From assembly GCA_951406725.2 (NCBI GenBank), contig OX597816.1:133176001-133240000 (forward strand): 64,000 nt of DNA, in the 5' to 3' direction. Below are positions 1-12,758 of the stretch, one piece after another. The translations under genes were made by a program, and so were the position numbers. Numbering within the stretch: the first letter of the stretch is position 1; each line of letters begins with the position of its first letter. The notes under the pieces were generated by a model. That model did not search any database. It was not told the DNA's origin and saw only the letters and a list, made by a program, of their open reading frames with translations. Source of the DNA: Octopus vulgaris. Taxonomy: Eukaryota.

Positions 1-1337
1 GCAACAACTAACACGGGTACTTCAAATTCATGATCTTAATTACTAAAACTAGAAAGCATCAAGAGATTTGTTATCAGAAAGGCCTTCTAAAGCGAAATAA
101 ACAAACCAGAATGTAACTTAAATAAATACACAAGTAAATAAATATAAATAAATGAATAAACCTATTAAAAATAAGATTTAGTTATGAATTCTAACGTAGA
201 TAATTTATATGGACATTGAAATATAGAATCATTTCCAGCAAAAATATTCCCAGTTCAACAGAAATGAATTTAGGTAGATAAAACAGAATTTAGCTCATAT
301 GTCTCTTAAAATATGTCAGTGTTCAAAACGAAATTTCTTTCAAAACACCGCACCTCATTATAAAATATGAACAAAAATTACATACATCAAAATCGAAAAA
401 TTCCAAACTGCGCATTAAAAAAACATTAGTATAATCAACTAAATTACTGTTGTTTTTTGTGAGTTGATGTCTTTGTATTACTTGAGTTCTACAATAATCT
501 TCCCTACACCAAGAAATGTTTAATCTTGTACATTTACTTAGTAAATTTTTTTCATCATTATTTCGGCAAGAACAATGTAAATTAATGCTTTGCTGAGGTC
601 AGAATAAGATCGAAACATGTTCAATATTCTTCTGTATTTCTAGAAAAAAGTAAATAATATCAGTCACTTATTAATTCAGTATATATTTCTATTTAGCTTT
701 CATAGCAATGATCTATGCATTGTGTTACACATTCATATCTATGTGTATACGTAGGTATACGTGTGTAGACCACATACCCACTTTTGGCACTATTTGTTAG
801 TAAACAGTATGAGCTACGTCTAAGGCGGAGACGCACAATACATATCACTCCGCTATATTTTGACAGTTCGTAAAACAGGTAAAGTAAATAAACACGTAAA
901 ACAATAAACAATGCCTTCATTGAATTGTCTATCATCCCATCAAGAACGAAACAATGCATAACACATTGAATATCTCAACATTAAGCTAACAGCACACAAC
1001 TCTCTCAATGGATCGCAGTCCTCAATATGAATCAAAAATTGCATGTCTGAACCCTAGTTTCAATTAAATAGAGTTTCCCCTTTTTACAAAGGTCGATTTA
1101 CGTTCATTGTTTCTTATTTTGAAAAATCCAAAACACAGTTATTTTATCTTTATTCGCTTTATTTATGCTGAAATTTTTTGAGAAACTGAATAGATGCTGT
1201 TACGCAAACAATATAATTGATACCGTTTCTCACTTAATGAACGAAGTAACACAAAAAAGATAGAATGAACAGGAGTTGACTTTGTTCCTGTTAGTTTCCT
1301 CTATATATAAACTACTTCATGATGTTTAAGTGAACCT

Positions 1338-1733
1338 ATCTGTCATCTTTTACCTTTTATTTATTTCATTCGTTAGATTGCGGTCATGCTGGGGCATCAC
1401 CTTCAGGAATTTTATTCGAACTAATCGACCCCAGTACTTAATTTCTTTTTAAGCCTGATACTTATTTTATCGGTCATTTTTGCTGAACCACTAATTTAAA
1501 GGGACGTAAACACACCAACACTGGTTGCCAAATGGTGGTGGGGAGAAACACAGGCACAGTGACACACACACATACATACACATACGACGAGCTTCTTTCA
1601 GTTTCCGTCTACCAAATCCACTCACAAGATTTTGGTCGATCCGAGGCTATAGTAGAAGACACTTGCTCAAGATATAATGCAGCGGGACTGAACCCAGAAC
1701 CATGTGGTTGGGGAGCAAACTTCTTAGCCACAC
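1338..1733 (-). mobile_element. tRNA-derived SINE family A (internal microsatellite)
   Basis: Minus-strand head GTGTGGCTAAG..GGTTCAGTCCC (A and B boxes); body shared with 10398, 19033, 49785 and 56745. Confidence 0.85.
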
Positions 1734-3524
1734 CTAATGTAATCAACCTAAACATCTGGACCTTGAAGCACATATAAGTTAATACAGAGTGGGACAGAAA
1801 GGAAGAACTTCCGCCAACGGTGGTTGATATCTGACAACAAATTGTCATCTATAAGATGAGATACGAATGGAGAACGTAAGTAAGTCGCTTAACCAGGAGA
1901 TATTCATAACTGAAACATATGCAGAGGATAAATTCTCGTTTTGAATATATGTATTTCTTGTTTACACTTAAAAGAGTAACGGTTCTATCATTCATTTACT
2001 TAATATTTTCTTCACATTCACCAAATCATTTAAATTTACTAAAACAACATGTCTCCGAACAGATTCTATTAATGTACTTGCATACATGTTTACTTGAAAT
2101 GTGCATATGTTGTCATTCCCATTCACAGCAATATACGGTAAACAATTATATGCAACATGTTGACAGATCATCCAGTAGAATATGAAAAGTTTAATTAACT
2201 GAACTTTACTGCAAAAGTTCACTATGAAAAGTTCACTAAAATTCTTCGTTAATTCCTATGTTCATTTTCACATTGACGCTTTTGAGTAATTCACCTTCCT
2301 TTCGACAGGTATTTCATTTTTATTTTTTTTTTACATTACAATATATTTTAAGCAGAGGGAAAATTTCATAATCACATTGTATTGGAGTATGTAGTGTTAG
2401 TTGGAGCGAGTGGGTATGTTAAAATACTTTTCTTTACAGCAGAAACAAAGAACCTGATAAGGATTGTGCTGTCATCTTGTGAGAGCCATTTATACTACCT
2501 TTCAAACATACTGATATGAAGAGGATGCAGAAAATTTTCAAGATACAGGTTTCTGAATTTAGAAATTTTTAGTTTCGAAAGAAAACACTGGGCGAAATAG
2601 TCAGTGCGAAGCCTGGCAGTAGGGTGGATACAACGTTCTTATAACAAAAATGGTTCCTGCTGAGAAAATTTGAAAATAATTATAGATTTTGAACTCACAC
2701 AAATGCACGACTCATATTTTTTTTTATAAATTTCAAGTTTCATTTTGTAGAAAACAACACTTTCAGTTGTAAAATGAAAAAAAAAAATTGAACACTTTAA
2801 GATGAGAAGATTGATTAAATATTTCTTTCATTATTTTTGCCCCCAACATAATAATATAATATACATAACCAAAGCTATATAATGAAAAGCTACACTATCT
2901 GAAGTATGTATGTAGAAAATTTTGCGAAGAAACAAAACCGCTATGGGAATTTTTCGAAACTCCTCTCCCCATTATTCAGAAATTTTTTTTCCAAAAAGAT
3001 TCCGATATAATCGGAATCTACACCGTATGAAGAATATATGTAGAAAAGTTTTTAAAATATCCATTTCTCAGAAAGTTATGAGGAAACAAAGTCGAAGGGA
3101 TACACTTCTGTAGGCATGCGGAGCTTGTCAGAAATTTTGCTGTTATTTCTACCATGTGGAGAGACTGCTTGAAGGCCTGTTTAATGCGCGGTTTGGAAAA
3201 CCCTTACGCATGCGCAATGACCGAAAGGGTTTTAAAGCATTGAGGGGCGAGGGAGAAGTAATTTTTTCTTTTCTTTTTTGAACAATTGAAATTAAAATTA
3301 AAATTAAAATTAAATTTTGTGAATCTCTGTATTTTTCCTTGTGTTTCACCCAAAACAATTTCTAAAAAAAAGTGAAAAATGAAGAAATTGGAGGTGAGGT
3401 AGGGGGAAAATTGAAATTTTGAATGCCAATTGTTTTTACAGATTCGGAGTCTCCGTAGCCGAAAACGTGGGTTTCTGTATAAAAGTCGTATGTTCCTGGT
3501 ATTTGGATCATCTGCTATAGTACA

Positions 3525-4135
3525 AATTTTCCTGGCTGGACGGAATGTTGCGTATTGTGTGTGTTGGGTGGCACGATTTGAAATTTAGGTACTGGTGTGT
3601 ATCTGTGCTTTTGTAATAAATATCAGTTGCTATTGTGGTGTTGTTTTTAATTACTATTATGTCAAAATATGGTCATTGTGTGTTGCTCACTTCTACTGTG
3701 AATTTGAGACTAGGATGTAGATTGTTGAGGAGGGTGCTGAATTCTTCCAGATTTTCGAGGGATTTGGTCCAAATTAGGAAACAATCATCGTGGTATCTTT
3801 TCTCTCTGTTCTTTAAATGCCTTCTAAAGCTCATGCCGTAGTTTCCTTCAATTTTTTGATATAGGTTTTGTTCCAAGTATCTCAATACTGAGTTTGCGAA
3901 AACTGGAGCGAATCGCGTCCCCATAGCTCTGCCTCGAATTTGGAGGTAGTTTTTTTTCTGTTGAAAAGGAATGTATTGCTTGCGAGGATGAGACTGACCG
4001 CGCCTAGTATGAAGGTTACAGTAAATCTACTGGGGACCACTTCTCTATGTTTCTCAACCCAATATTTTATGGCAGCAATTTCTAAATCATGTGGTATGTT
4101 CGTATGTAAGTTTGTTACATCAAAACTGCGCCCCA
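3525..4135 (-). mobile_element. Penelope-like element reverse transcriptase relic (frameshifted)
   Basis: SFDVTNLHTNIP, MGTRFAPVFAN, RYHDDCFLIW (YxDD), LNNLHPSLKFT, TDIYYKSTDTHQYLNFKSCHP are PLE RT motifs. Confidence 0.9.
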
Positions 4136-5417
4136 CAAACCGTGACGTTTAAGCTGCATGTTGATTGGTCAAAACCTTATTCGAAAAATTCAACTTGTTG
4201 GAGCCTTTTAAAAGGAAGAAGTCAGTCATTTTACTACAGTTGTCAAGAACTCGACTCAACTGTCAGTCAATATATTTTGAAATCTGATGATTACCACGAA
4301 CGTATGAAAGAGCTAACAGAACTTTATAAACATTACTAAAAAATTTTTTTTAATATTTAACACACTTCAACATTGTAAAAAAATACAATAAAAAAAACGT
4401 GAAAACCAGACCATGAAACTTTATTCCACACACACAATATGGGAGTTTAGTTCATAGATGATCTAAACGACTAGGTACGCTAGGTAAGCGCTGTAACGGA
4501 TTACTAGGGCTCCAAGGTTATAACCGATATATATATGTAAGCACATATACACGCCAGTGCACACACATACACACACACACACATACAAATACACGTGACA
4601 GGCTTCTTTCTGTCTATCAGATCGACCCACAAGGCTTTGATCGGCCCCGGTTATAGTTGAAGAAAGCTGTCCAAGGTGCAACACTGTGGGACTGAACCTG
4701 GGACTATATAGTTGAAAAGCACAGTTATACACCTAAACATTGAAAGTTAAAGAGACATAGAAACGGGTGTTTGTCTGATAAGCTGCACAAGTATAACTTG
4801 AATCAGCAAGAGAAATGGAATGAGAATGAAATAAATATATCATTACTTCGTTTAGACAGAATAACTTTGGGTTTTCTGTGATTTAAAGATAACATTAGTA
4901 TACAAGAGTAAACCATGTTCTAACTAGCTAGATAGCTGCTCCTGAGCATAGTTGAAAATAATTATGGTTGTAACTTCAGTTAATCTAATAGACTTTATTT
5001 ATCTATGTCACTGAACTGAAACGAAAAAATCGTCTTAATATCATTTTGAAATCATTTTAAAATCACTTTAAAATAATTTTATTTTACTGTTTATGATACG
5101 TTATCAACAGACATATTGTCCTAAAGGATTTTATAACGGCATTTCCTGATCCGCAAAGTTCGAAAAGTTATCAAAAGTCGTTATATTTTAACTTTATATA
5201 CTTGATGTAATCTATCTCTATTTAAATTCTTCATCTCATTGGTTCTTTATCAACACAAGGCTCTAAAGTGATAACGTATGATCCTCCCCCACCTACATAG
5301 ATACATCTGTATATATGTGTGTCTATGTTATTTAGTTTTATTTCTGAATTTCTTGTCGATGGAGAAAGAGTCGGTTTCTAACCTAGATTTAGGGCTCTTT
5401 CATTGGAATTTCAGTAA

Positions 5418-6640
5418 CAGGGTGGAGCAAAAAAAGTACTTTTACACAGATTTTGGAAACATGCTTTTAAGAATATATTTTTTATTGTGAAATCCATTAG
5501 AAACAACTGTGCTAAAAGCCGAAGTTCTTAAATTTACATCTTCAGGCTACGCATCCCACTTGAAATTTTGAATAATGAGCGAAAATCAATTTATAACACG
5601 TTTGCCATTCCTCATTTTATTTTTACACTCATTGTTACGAATTGATTTTCTTTTGCAATTTGTGTTAAAAACAAGAGTGATAAACTCTTAAGCTCTAAAA
5701 TTTAAATCTTTAAGCTCCGCTTTGCACTTGAAATTTCAAAATTATGTGAAATAAATATACTTTTCAACTTTGTTTCTTTATTACTTTTAATACTAGGTTA
5801 CCGAATATATGTGTTACATGAGGTCCAGATTACACATACAAAATGAAATTACGTGTAAACCAATTTTTTGACTCTTGACGCATTTTGGTGATAAAAATAA
5901 TTAACAATTCAGAATCCTATGCTGATGTAGAAGGGCGACTGTGATGTGACCGATTCTTTCTAATCAACTTCTGAACGTTCTATTTAGATACTGCTTGATC
6001 TATTCCGCCAATGATCATTTTTCGATTTGTCCGTTGAGCCTGTAAAAAAATCTTTTTCTCTCTGTGGTACTTCTTTGTCTCAACTACAATTGCAGTTTTA
6101 AAGGAGTTGCACTTGCAATAGGAAATGTCAAATAAATCTTTTGTTGCATTGTTTTTAAACACATTACACATTGTTTAAAACGATGGCACATTATTTTTCA
6201 CATATTTTAGCAATGCTTGGTACTTTAGATAAAAATTTAAGATTTTGGGTTTAACTGACTTAGTTGTAACACAAGGGATGGATGCCTTTTGCCAAAGAAG
6301 AATTATCTTTTCTGCTACAATCTTCACAATTTGTTTACTTGAAGGATCTTTCTTAAATACATTCTTTTCTTTTTCTCATTCAAATAAAACACATTTTAGT
6401 ACATCCTTGTAAGTTGGCAAAACTCGCTCGTTAAGATCACATGGAGTACCAAATATTGGGTATTCAGTATCATTACATGTTATTGGCTTATGAGTCATCA
6501 CTAAATGTAAACAACACTAAACTCAACGCGACCATTAATTTTACTAGAATGGCCTAAAGTCAAGATACAAAACAGAAAACTGCACGCACATACAAATCCA
6601 ATCCATCACTGGAACTATAAAAATCTATAAAAACTTTCCA
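5418..6640 (-). mobile_element. DNA transposon relic, probably hATm-like (transposase N-terminus plus one terminus)
   Basis: ATG at 6498 (minus): PIFGTPCDLNERVLPTYKDVLK..LWQKASIP, then LFDISYCKC..FLQAQRTNRKMIIGGID; terminus CAGGGTG at 5418; superfamily assignment is from memory. Confidence 0.55.
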
Positions 6641-6770
6641 GAAGTTTATTATTTAAGTATATAAGAGCATGTCTAGATATGAAAGTATATGCATGAGAAG
6701 ACATTCATAAAAGAAAACATCCAATTCTGCACGTATGCATACATACAAACACACACACACATACATAATA

Positions 6771-7273
6771 CAAACATACATACATACATACATACATACA
6801 TACAAACATACATACATACATACATACATACAAACATACATACATACATACATACATACATACATACATACATACAAACATACATACATACATACATACA
6901 TACATACATACATACATACATACAAACATACATACATACATACATACAAACATACATACATACATACATACATACAAACATACATACATACATACATACA
7001 TCATACATACATACATACATACATACAAACATACATACATACATACATACATGCAAACATACATACATACATACATACATACATACATACATACATACAA
7101 ACATACATACATACATACATACAAACATACATACATACATACATACATACAAACATACATACATACATACATACATACATACATACATACATACATACAT
7201 ACATACAAGCATACAAACATACATACATACATACATACATACATACATACATACATACATACATACATACATA
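6771..7273. repeat. (ACAT)n microsatellite with ACAA interruptions
   Basis: Direct reading. Confidence 0.97.
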
Positions 7274-7440
7274 CCCTGTTGTTGATGTTGAAATTCCAGT
7301 TAGCAAACTATTACTACAATATGTCCAGGAAAGACTGCATGAAAGAACTATAGTGTATAGAATCTGTCCTTTTTATCTCAAATGATGTGGTGGCAGTTAG
7401 TATTATTAGAAAATAATTGCTCATGCCAAACTCTAAAAAT

Positions 7441-7569
<129 letters not shown>

Positions 7570-8007
7570 ACCACCACTTGACAACCGGTGTAGGTATGTT
7601 CAGCGGTTTGGCAAAAGTGACTGATAGAATAAGGACCTGGCTTTAAAGAATAATGCCAAGTATTGCGATACTGTATATAGAACTATGGATATATACAAAG
7701 TAGCAATACTTCCCATAAATTTCAATCCAAATTATGGACCGAAATTTGAGTTGAAATGATAATGTCTTCTAATTTAGACATATAGCTAACGAGTTTGAAA
7801 GGAAGAAGGCTAGTCAATACCAGTGTCCTCGGTATTTGACTGGTACTATATTTTATTGATTCCTAAAAAGTGAACGGCGGCGTTGAGCTCAGCGGGATTT
7901 GAAACCAAATGAATGGCAAAGAAGCTTAGAAATAATTTTACACAAGCTATGTTTGTGTATAACGCAGCATCTATTAGATTAGCTGCACCCGGTCTCTTTC
8001 TTAGAAA

Positions 8008-8432
8008 TCTCTCTATATATAAACGGCAGTTTGTCTGTCTGTGTGTCTGTGTGTCTGTGTGTCTGTGTGTCTGTCAGGTTGTACCCTCACCCTGACCACG
8101 GCTTTCAACCGATTCTGATGAAACTTGACACACACATAGCCCAATGTCATAATTCAAAACTAACGCAGCGAAAATTTTGAAAAGTTCCCCCAGTTTTGAA
8201 AAAAAATCGATAAATTCGACATGGGGTCGAGAATCTAAGCTTTTTATATGCAACACATTTTCTGTCGGGAGCCAGCTAGGAACATCATATACATAGAAGT
8301 GTTCGAGTGAAGAGAAGACGTTGCAACCTACACATGCGCCTTCGTTCCCTAGAGGGAAAGAACTAGATTGGGATTAGTCGTTGCCTACTAGGGGCTCTTA
8401 CATACCCGGGCAACGCCGGGCTATGCTGCTAG
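8008..8432 (+). mobile_element. Non-autonomous Helitron
   Basis: 5' TC..TATATATAAA, (CTGT/GT) tract, 3' hairpin CCCGGGCAACGCCGGG then CTAG; inserted between A and T. Confidence 0.85.
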
Positions 8433-9471
8433 TAGTAAATAAATAAAGACTTTCGTTGTTTCTGTCTTGCCAACGGTGATTGAGAAGAAGATCTTGTGAA
8501 CCCTTCTACAACAGAACTGGAATTTAGTGCTCAGAATCACGATAAATTTTTAAGTGATATATATGACTAAGAAATTCTACAGACAAGATTTCTATATTCC
8601 GTTTCTCATAACTTCTCTCTGTAGTTTAGTTGAAAATTATCTGAAGCTGGTCGAATTAGGCCAGTGTTTAACTCATTAACATGAAAGTGCTGAAACAATC
8701 TTCGTCTGTCTTTTAACTGTGTAAACAGAAATAGACAGTGAAATTTGTCAGAAGCTCAAATTCAGATAAAATCACCAGCGAGCAGAATAAACTATCTGTA
8801 ATTAGTGAAAATTAAAGAAAATATTTTAAAATATTTATATTTTTAGAACACCGATCAGACGGAGATTGAAGGGGCTATATCATAGAAGGGTACTAGTTCT
8901 TTATACACAAACATCTCGAATAGATTCATATGCAAACCACATTTGACCAAAATACATTCACAATGAATGACACACACATAGATACATACATGCATACATA
9001 AATACATACATACATACATACATACATACATACAACGAACACACGCATGCTCATTCTCTATAGCCTTTTCTTTGTAAACGTGTGCGCGTGTGTGAAAGGG
9101 TGTATATATGAATTTACATAGCTTGTGACAAGTTAGCGTGAATCAAAAGTTATGGCAAAGATGGTAAATTATTATATAATGGTGTGGCAATAGTGGACAT
9201 ACGCGCGCACGTGTGTGTGTGTATACATCCATACATGTGTGTGCATGTGTGTGTGAGCGCGTGTTTGTATACATCCATACATGTGTGTGTGTGTGTGTGT
9301 GTGTATTGCGTAAGAATCGGCTATAAAACAAGCGTTATCCGTAGGAAGATTAAGAAAGAAGAACAACAGCAGCAACAGAAGCGACAGCAGCAGCAACAAC
9401 AACAATAACAGCTGCAATAAGAGCATTAGAAACTGAATAAAAGGAACTTTATTCTTCAAGCTGGAAAGATG

Positions 9472-9503
<32 letters not shown>

Positions 9504-9900
9504 GTATATATATATATATATATATGTATGTATACATACATACATGCGCACACATACATATACATGTATACATATATCCTTCTGTTGAGATATATCTATT
9601 GACCAGGAGCTATAGTTACAAAGAAAGAATCTAGTTAATATACCCTTTGTTTTCAGGCTTGGCATCACTGAAAGATCCAGTTTGTTATAAGCATTCAGAC
9701 AAGACCAAGTAGCTGCCCTACATCACCCTCGTTCCCTCTTCGCCCACGTTTTCCCTGCAGATATTGACTTATAAATGTTCAGGCTGAGCACCAGCCGTCA
9801 TATTCCCACTCTCTGAGATAATTTGTAAATGTCATAAGCATTGAGCCCTGCTCCCTGAGTAACAAATAATATATAATATAATATAGTATGATATTACATA

Positions 9901-9933
<33 letters not shown>

Positions 9934-9962
9934 TGTATGTGTGTGTATTATATATTTATTTA

Positions 9963-10375
9963 GGATCTTTTCGGTTTGAACGGCAGTTTTTTCTCGCGGT
10001 GTCATATGAAATTGTCACCCATAATTATGACCCTAGTATCGATCTATTGCATTTCAATCTGTTTTAGGGTTAGGGTTAGGGTGGGGGAAGGGTATCTTTT
10101 TTCTTCAGAAATGTAAATAAACCCAATCTGTTTCTTAAACGAGGGACATATTCATACGGCACAGAATGTTTTCACTTCAATAGACGTCATTGATTGGTTG
10201 AAATTGCAGAAATTGAAGAAAAAAACAACAAATATCTTACAAACTATAGAATTTTCTCAATAAAGCCAATAGGAAAATATGTTTTATAAACACATTCTAC
10301 CAGTATACAAAGTTTAAAAGTGCTTAGTTACGTGGAAATTATTTAAAAAAACTGCCGTTCAAACCGAAAAGGTCC
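9963..10375. mobile_element. GG-terminal (Merlin-like) MITE with internal TTAGGG repeats
   Basis: TIR GGATCTTTTCGGTTTGAACGGCAGTTTTT; flanking direct repeat TATATTTATTTA; second copy at 54296. Confidence 0.85.
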
Positions 10376-10397
10376 TATATTTATTTATATATACAAT

Positions 10398-10620
10398 TAC
10401 TCTTTGCTCCTTTACTCTCTTTTACTTGTTTCAGTCATTTGACTGTGGCCATGCTGGAGTACCGCCTTTAGTCGAGCATATCGACCCCAGAACTTATTCT
10501 TTGTAAGCCTAGTACTTATTCTATCGGTCTCTTTTGCCGAACCGCTACGTTACAGGGACGTAAACACACCAAGCATCGGTTGTCAAGCGATGTTGGCGGG
10601 GGACAAACACAGACACACAA

Positions 10621-10653
<33 letters not shown>

Positions 10654-10836
10654 CATACATACATACATACATACATACATACGACGGCGTCTTTCAGTTT
10701 CCGTCTACCAAATCCACTCACAAGGTTGGCCCGAGGCTATAGTAGAAGACAGTTGCCTAGGTCCCACGCAGTAGGATTGAACCCGGAACCATGTAGTTCG
10801 TAAGCAAGCTACTTACCACACAGTCACTCCTACGCC

Positions 10837-10837
<1 letters not shown>
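10398..10837 (-). mobile_element. tRNA-derived SINE family A
   Basis: Head GGAGTGACTGTGTGGTAAG..GGTTCAATCC; internal (CA)/(TA)/(ACAT) tract. Confidence 0.9.
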
Positions 10838-10908
<71 letters not shown>

Positions 10909-10923
10909 CATCATCATCATTCA

Positions 10924-11237
10924 AGCGGCGAACTGGCAGAATCGTTAAGATACCGGGGGGCGAAATGCTTAGCGGTATTTCGTCTGCCACTATGTTCCGA
11001 GTTCAAATTTCGCCGAGGTCGACTTTACCTTTCATTCTTTTGGGGTCGATAAATTAAGTACCAATTGAGCGCTGGAATCGATGTAATCGACTTATCCCCT
11101 CCCCCAAAATGGCTGCCCTTGTGGTAAAATTTGAAATAATCATTGTTATTACTATTATTGAGGCGGCGAGCTGACAGAATCGTTAGCACACCAAGCAAAA
11201 TGCTTAGCGGCATTTCGGTTCGTCGTTAGGTTCTGAG
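10924..11237 (+). mobile_element. tRNA-derived SINE family M (full copy plus head of a second)
   Basis: Head GCGGCGAACTGGCAGAATCGTTA..GAGTTCAAATT; central CCTTTCATYCTTTYGGGGTCGATAAATTAAGTACCA resembles the Meta/MESC SINE domain. Confidence 0.85.
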
Positions 11238-11249
11238 AGAAAAGGGGAG

Positions 11250-11280
<31 letters not shown>

Positions 11281-11569
11281 CGCACACACATGTGCCCCCA
11301 CCCTCAGCCTAACCCACGCCCCATCCTTGCGTTCCCCAGTCCCGTCTCCCCCACCTCCCAACGCCATCGTACCACACCACACACCACTACACCTTACACC
11401 ACCATACCACACAACACATCACATCACAACACACCACCACGCACACATCAGCACTGACCACTTCCCAGACCCACATTTTCACACCTACACATACACACAC
11501 GCACACGTCAAGATCACCAGCCCTCTTGCATACGCGCATACAAACTCTCATACACACGCACGCGCACCT

Positions 11570-11835
11570 TCGTTTTGAGATCACCACCACTTTGTTATCT
11601 CCCCTTCTCTCTAGCTCTCCTGTGTGACCCTTCTGTTCGGCCTTCGCCATGATAGATCGCTAGCCACTACAAATTCTTTATTTTCTCTCCTTGTTTCTTT
11701 CTGTGTTCCTATCTGTGGAAGAGCGTAGGCTCGAAACGTTAAAAATTTTTTCACTTCCCGAGCGTTATAGTAATACATCTGTTTGTTGTCTACACCACCT
11801 GTCCTCGTCTTTGGGGTGGGGGTGAATTCTCCCTA
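11570..11835 (+). mobile_element. Short hammerhead-bearing (pLTR-like) repeat, family H1
   Basis: About 190 bp alignable to 36943-37132 (minus); contains the A6U hammerhead. Confidence 0.65.
11706..11746 (+). ncRNA. Minimal hammerhead motif, A6U core variant (CUGUGGA)
   Basis: CTGTGGA-A-GAGC-GTAG-GCTC-GAAA-CG-TT; stem I is decayed. Confidence 0.5.
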
Positions 11836-12282
11836 TGTATGTATGCAAGCATGCATGCATACATGTCTAGGAAAACCATACCTGGAAGAAAGAGCTACAG
11901 AACAATCTATTGATTATTATGAGGAATGATATGGGGTGATTATAAAAAAAATCGAACCAAGAAAATGACTTATGAGAGCTAATATCATGAAATTACCTGA
12001 ATGAAGTACGAAATGACATACAGTTAAAAACTCTAAAGTAGAGATAATTTGAAGATATGAATGAGAATCACAAAAAGTTTGATAATATCTTGAAGAAACT
12101 ACACATATGTGAAAAATATATGAACGATCTTCTTGTCCTTACCACATAAGTATAATTGATTAGATTCTTCTCTCACTACCAATAACTTATACCGTTATAC
12201 AGTGTCTGACTCCATCTTTATTCTCACTCATATCAGTACGCCTTGTATTAATTTAAATAGTTGTGGTTGTTTGTTCTTTCTC

Positions 12283-12476
12283 TAGCCAGGTTAGCGGCTA
12301 GATGCAAGAGGAAAGAGTGAGAGAAAGTTATGGCGAAAAAGTCAACAGAAGTTCGCCATTCTGTCGGAACCGCGTGGAGCCTAGGTGTTCCGCTCATAAA
12401 CACACACATCGCCCAGTCTGAGATTCGAACCCGCGATCCTTAGACCGCGGGTCGGCTACTCTAACCACTAGGCCAC
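12283..12476 (-). mobile_element. tRNA-derived SINE family C
   Basis: Minus-strand TGGCCTAGTGGTTAGAGTAG..GGTTCGAATC; body shared with 24966. Confidence 0.75.
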
Positions 12477-12544
12477 CATGTGACTCTATATTAATTTAAA
12501 TTGGGCTTGTAAATATTCGTTACTATTGCGGCAGAAATAAATAT

Positions 12545-12758
12545 TGGTTTCAAATTTTGGCACAAGGCCAGCAATTTCGGAGTGGGGTGTAAGTCGGTTA
12601 CATCGACTCCAATGCTCAACTGGTACTCATTTTATCGACCTTGAAATAATGAAAGGCAAAGTCAACCGCAGCGGAATTTGAATTCAGAACGTAAAGACGA
12701 ACGAAATGCCGTTTAGCGTTTTGCCTGGCGTACTAACCATTCCGCCAGCTCGCCACCT
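12545..12758 (-). mobile_element. SINE family M
   Basis: Reverse complement of the family M head and body. Confidence 0.85.

Noticed and set aside
2440-2550. Possible plus-strand exon (TTTACAG...CAGGT)
   Set aside because: All three frames contain stops.
2619-3510. DNA-transposon-like subterminal sequence starting TAGGGTGG
   Set aside because: I found no matching second terminus or coding relic.
10065-10090. TTAGGG repeats as a telomere or chromosome fusion site
   Set aside because: The tract is short and internal to a MITE present twice.
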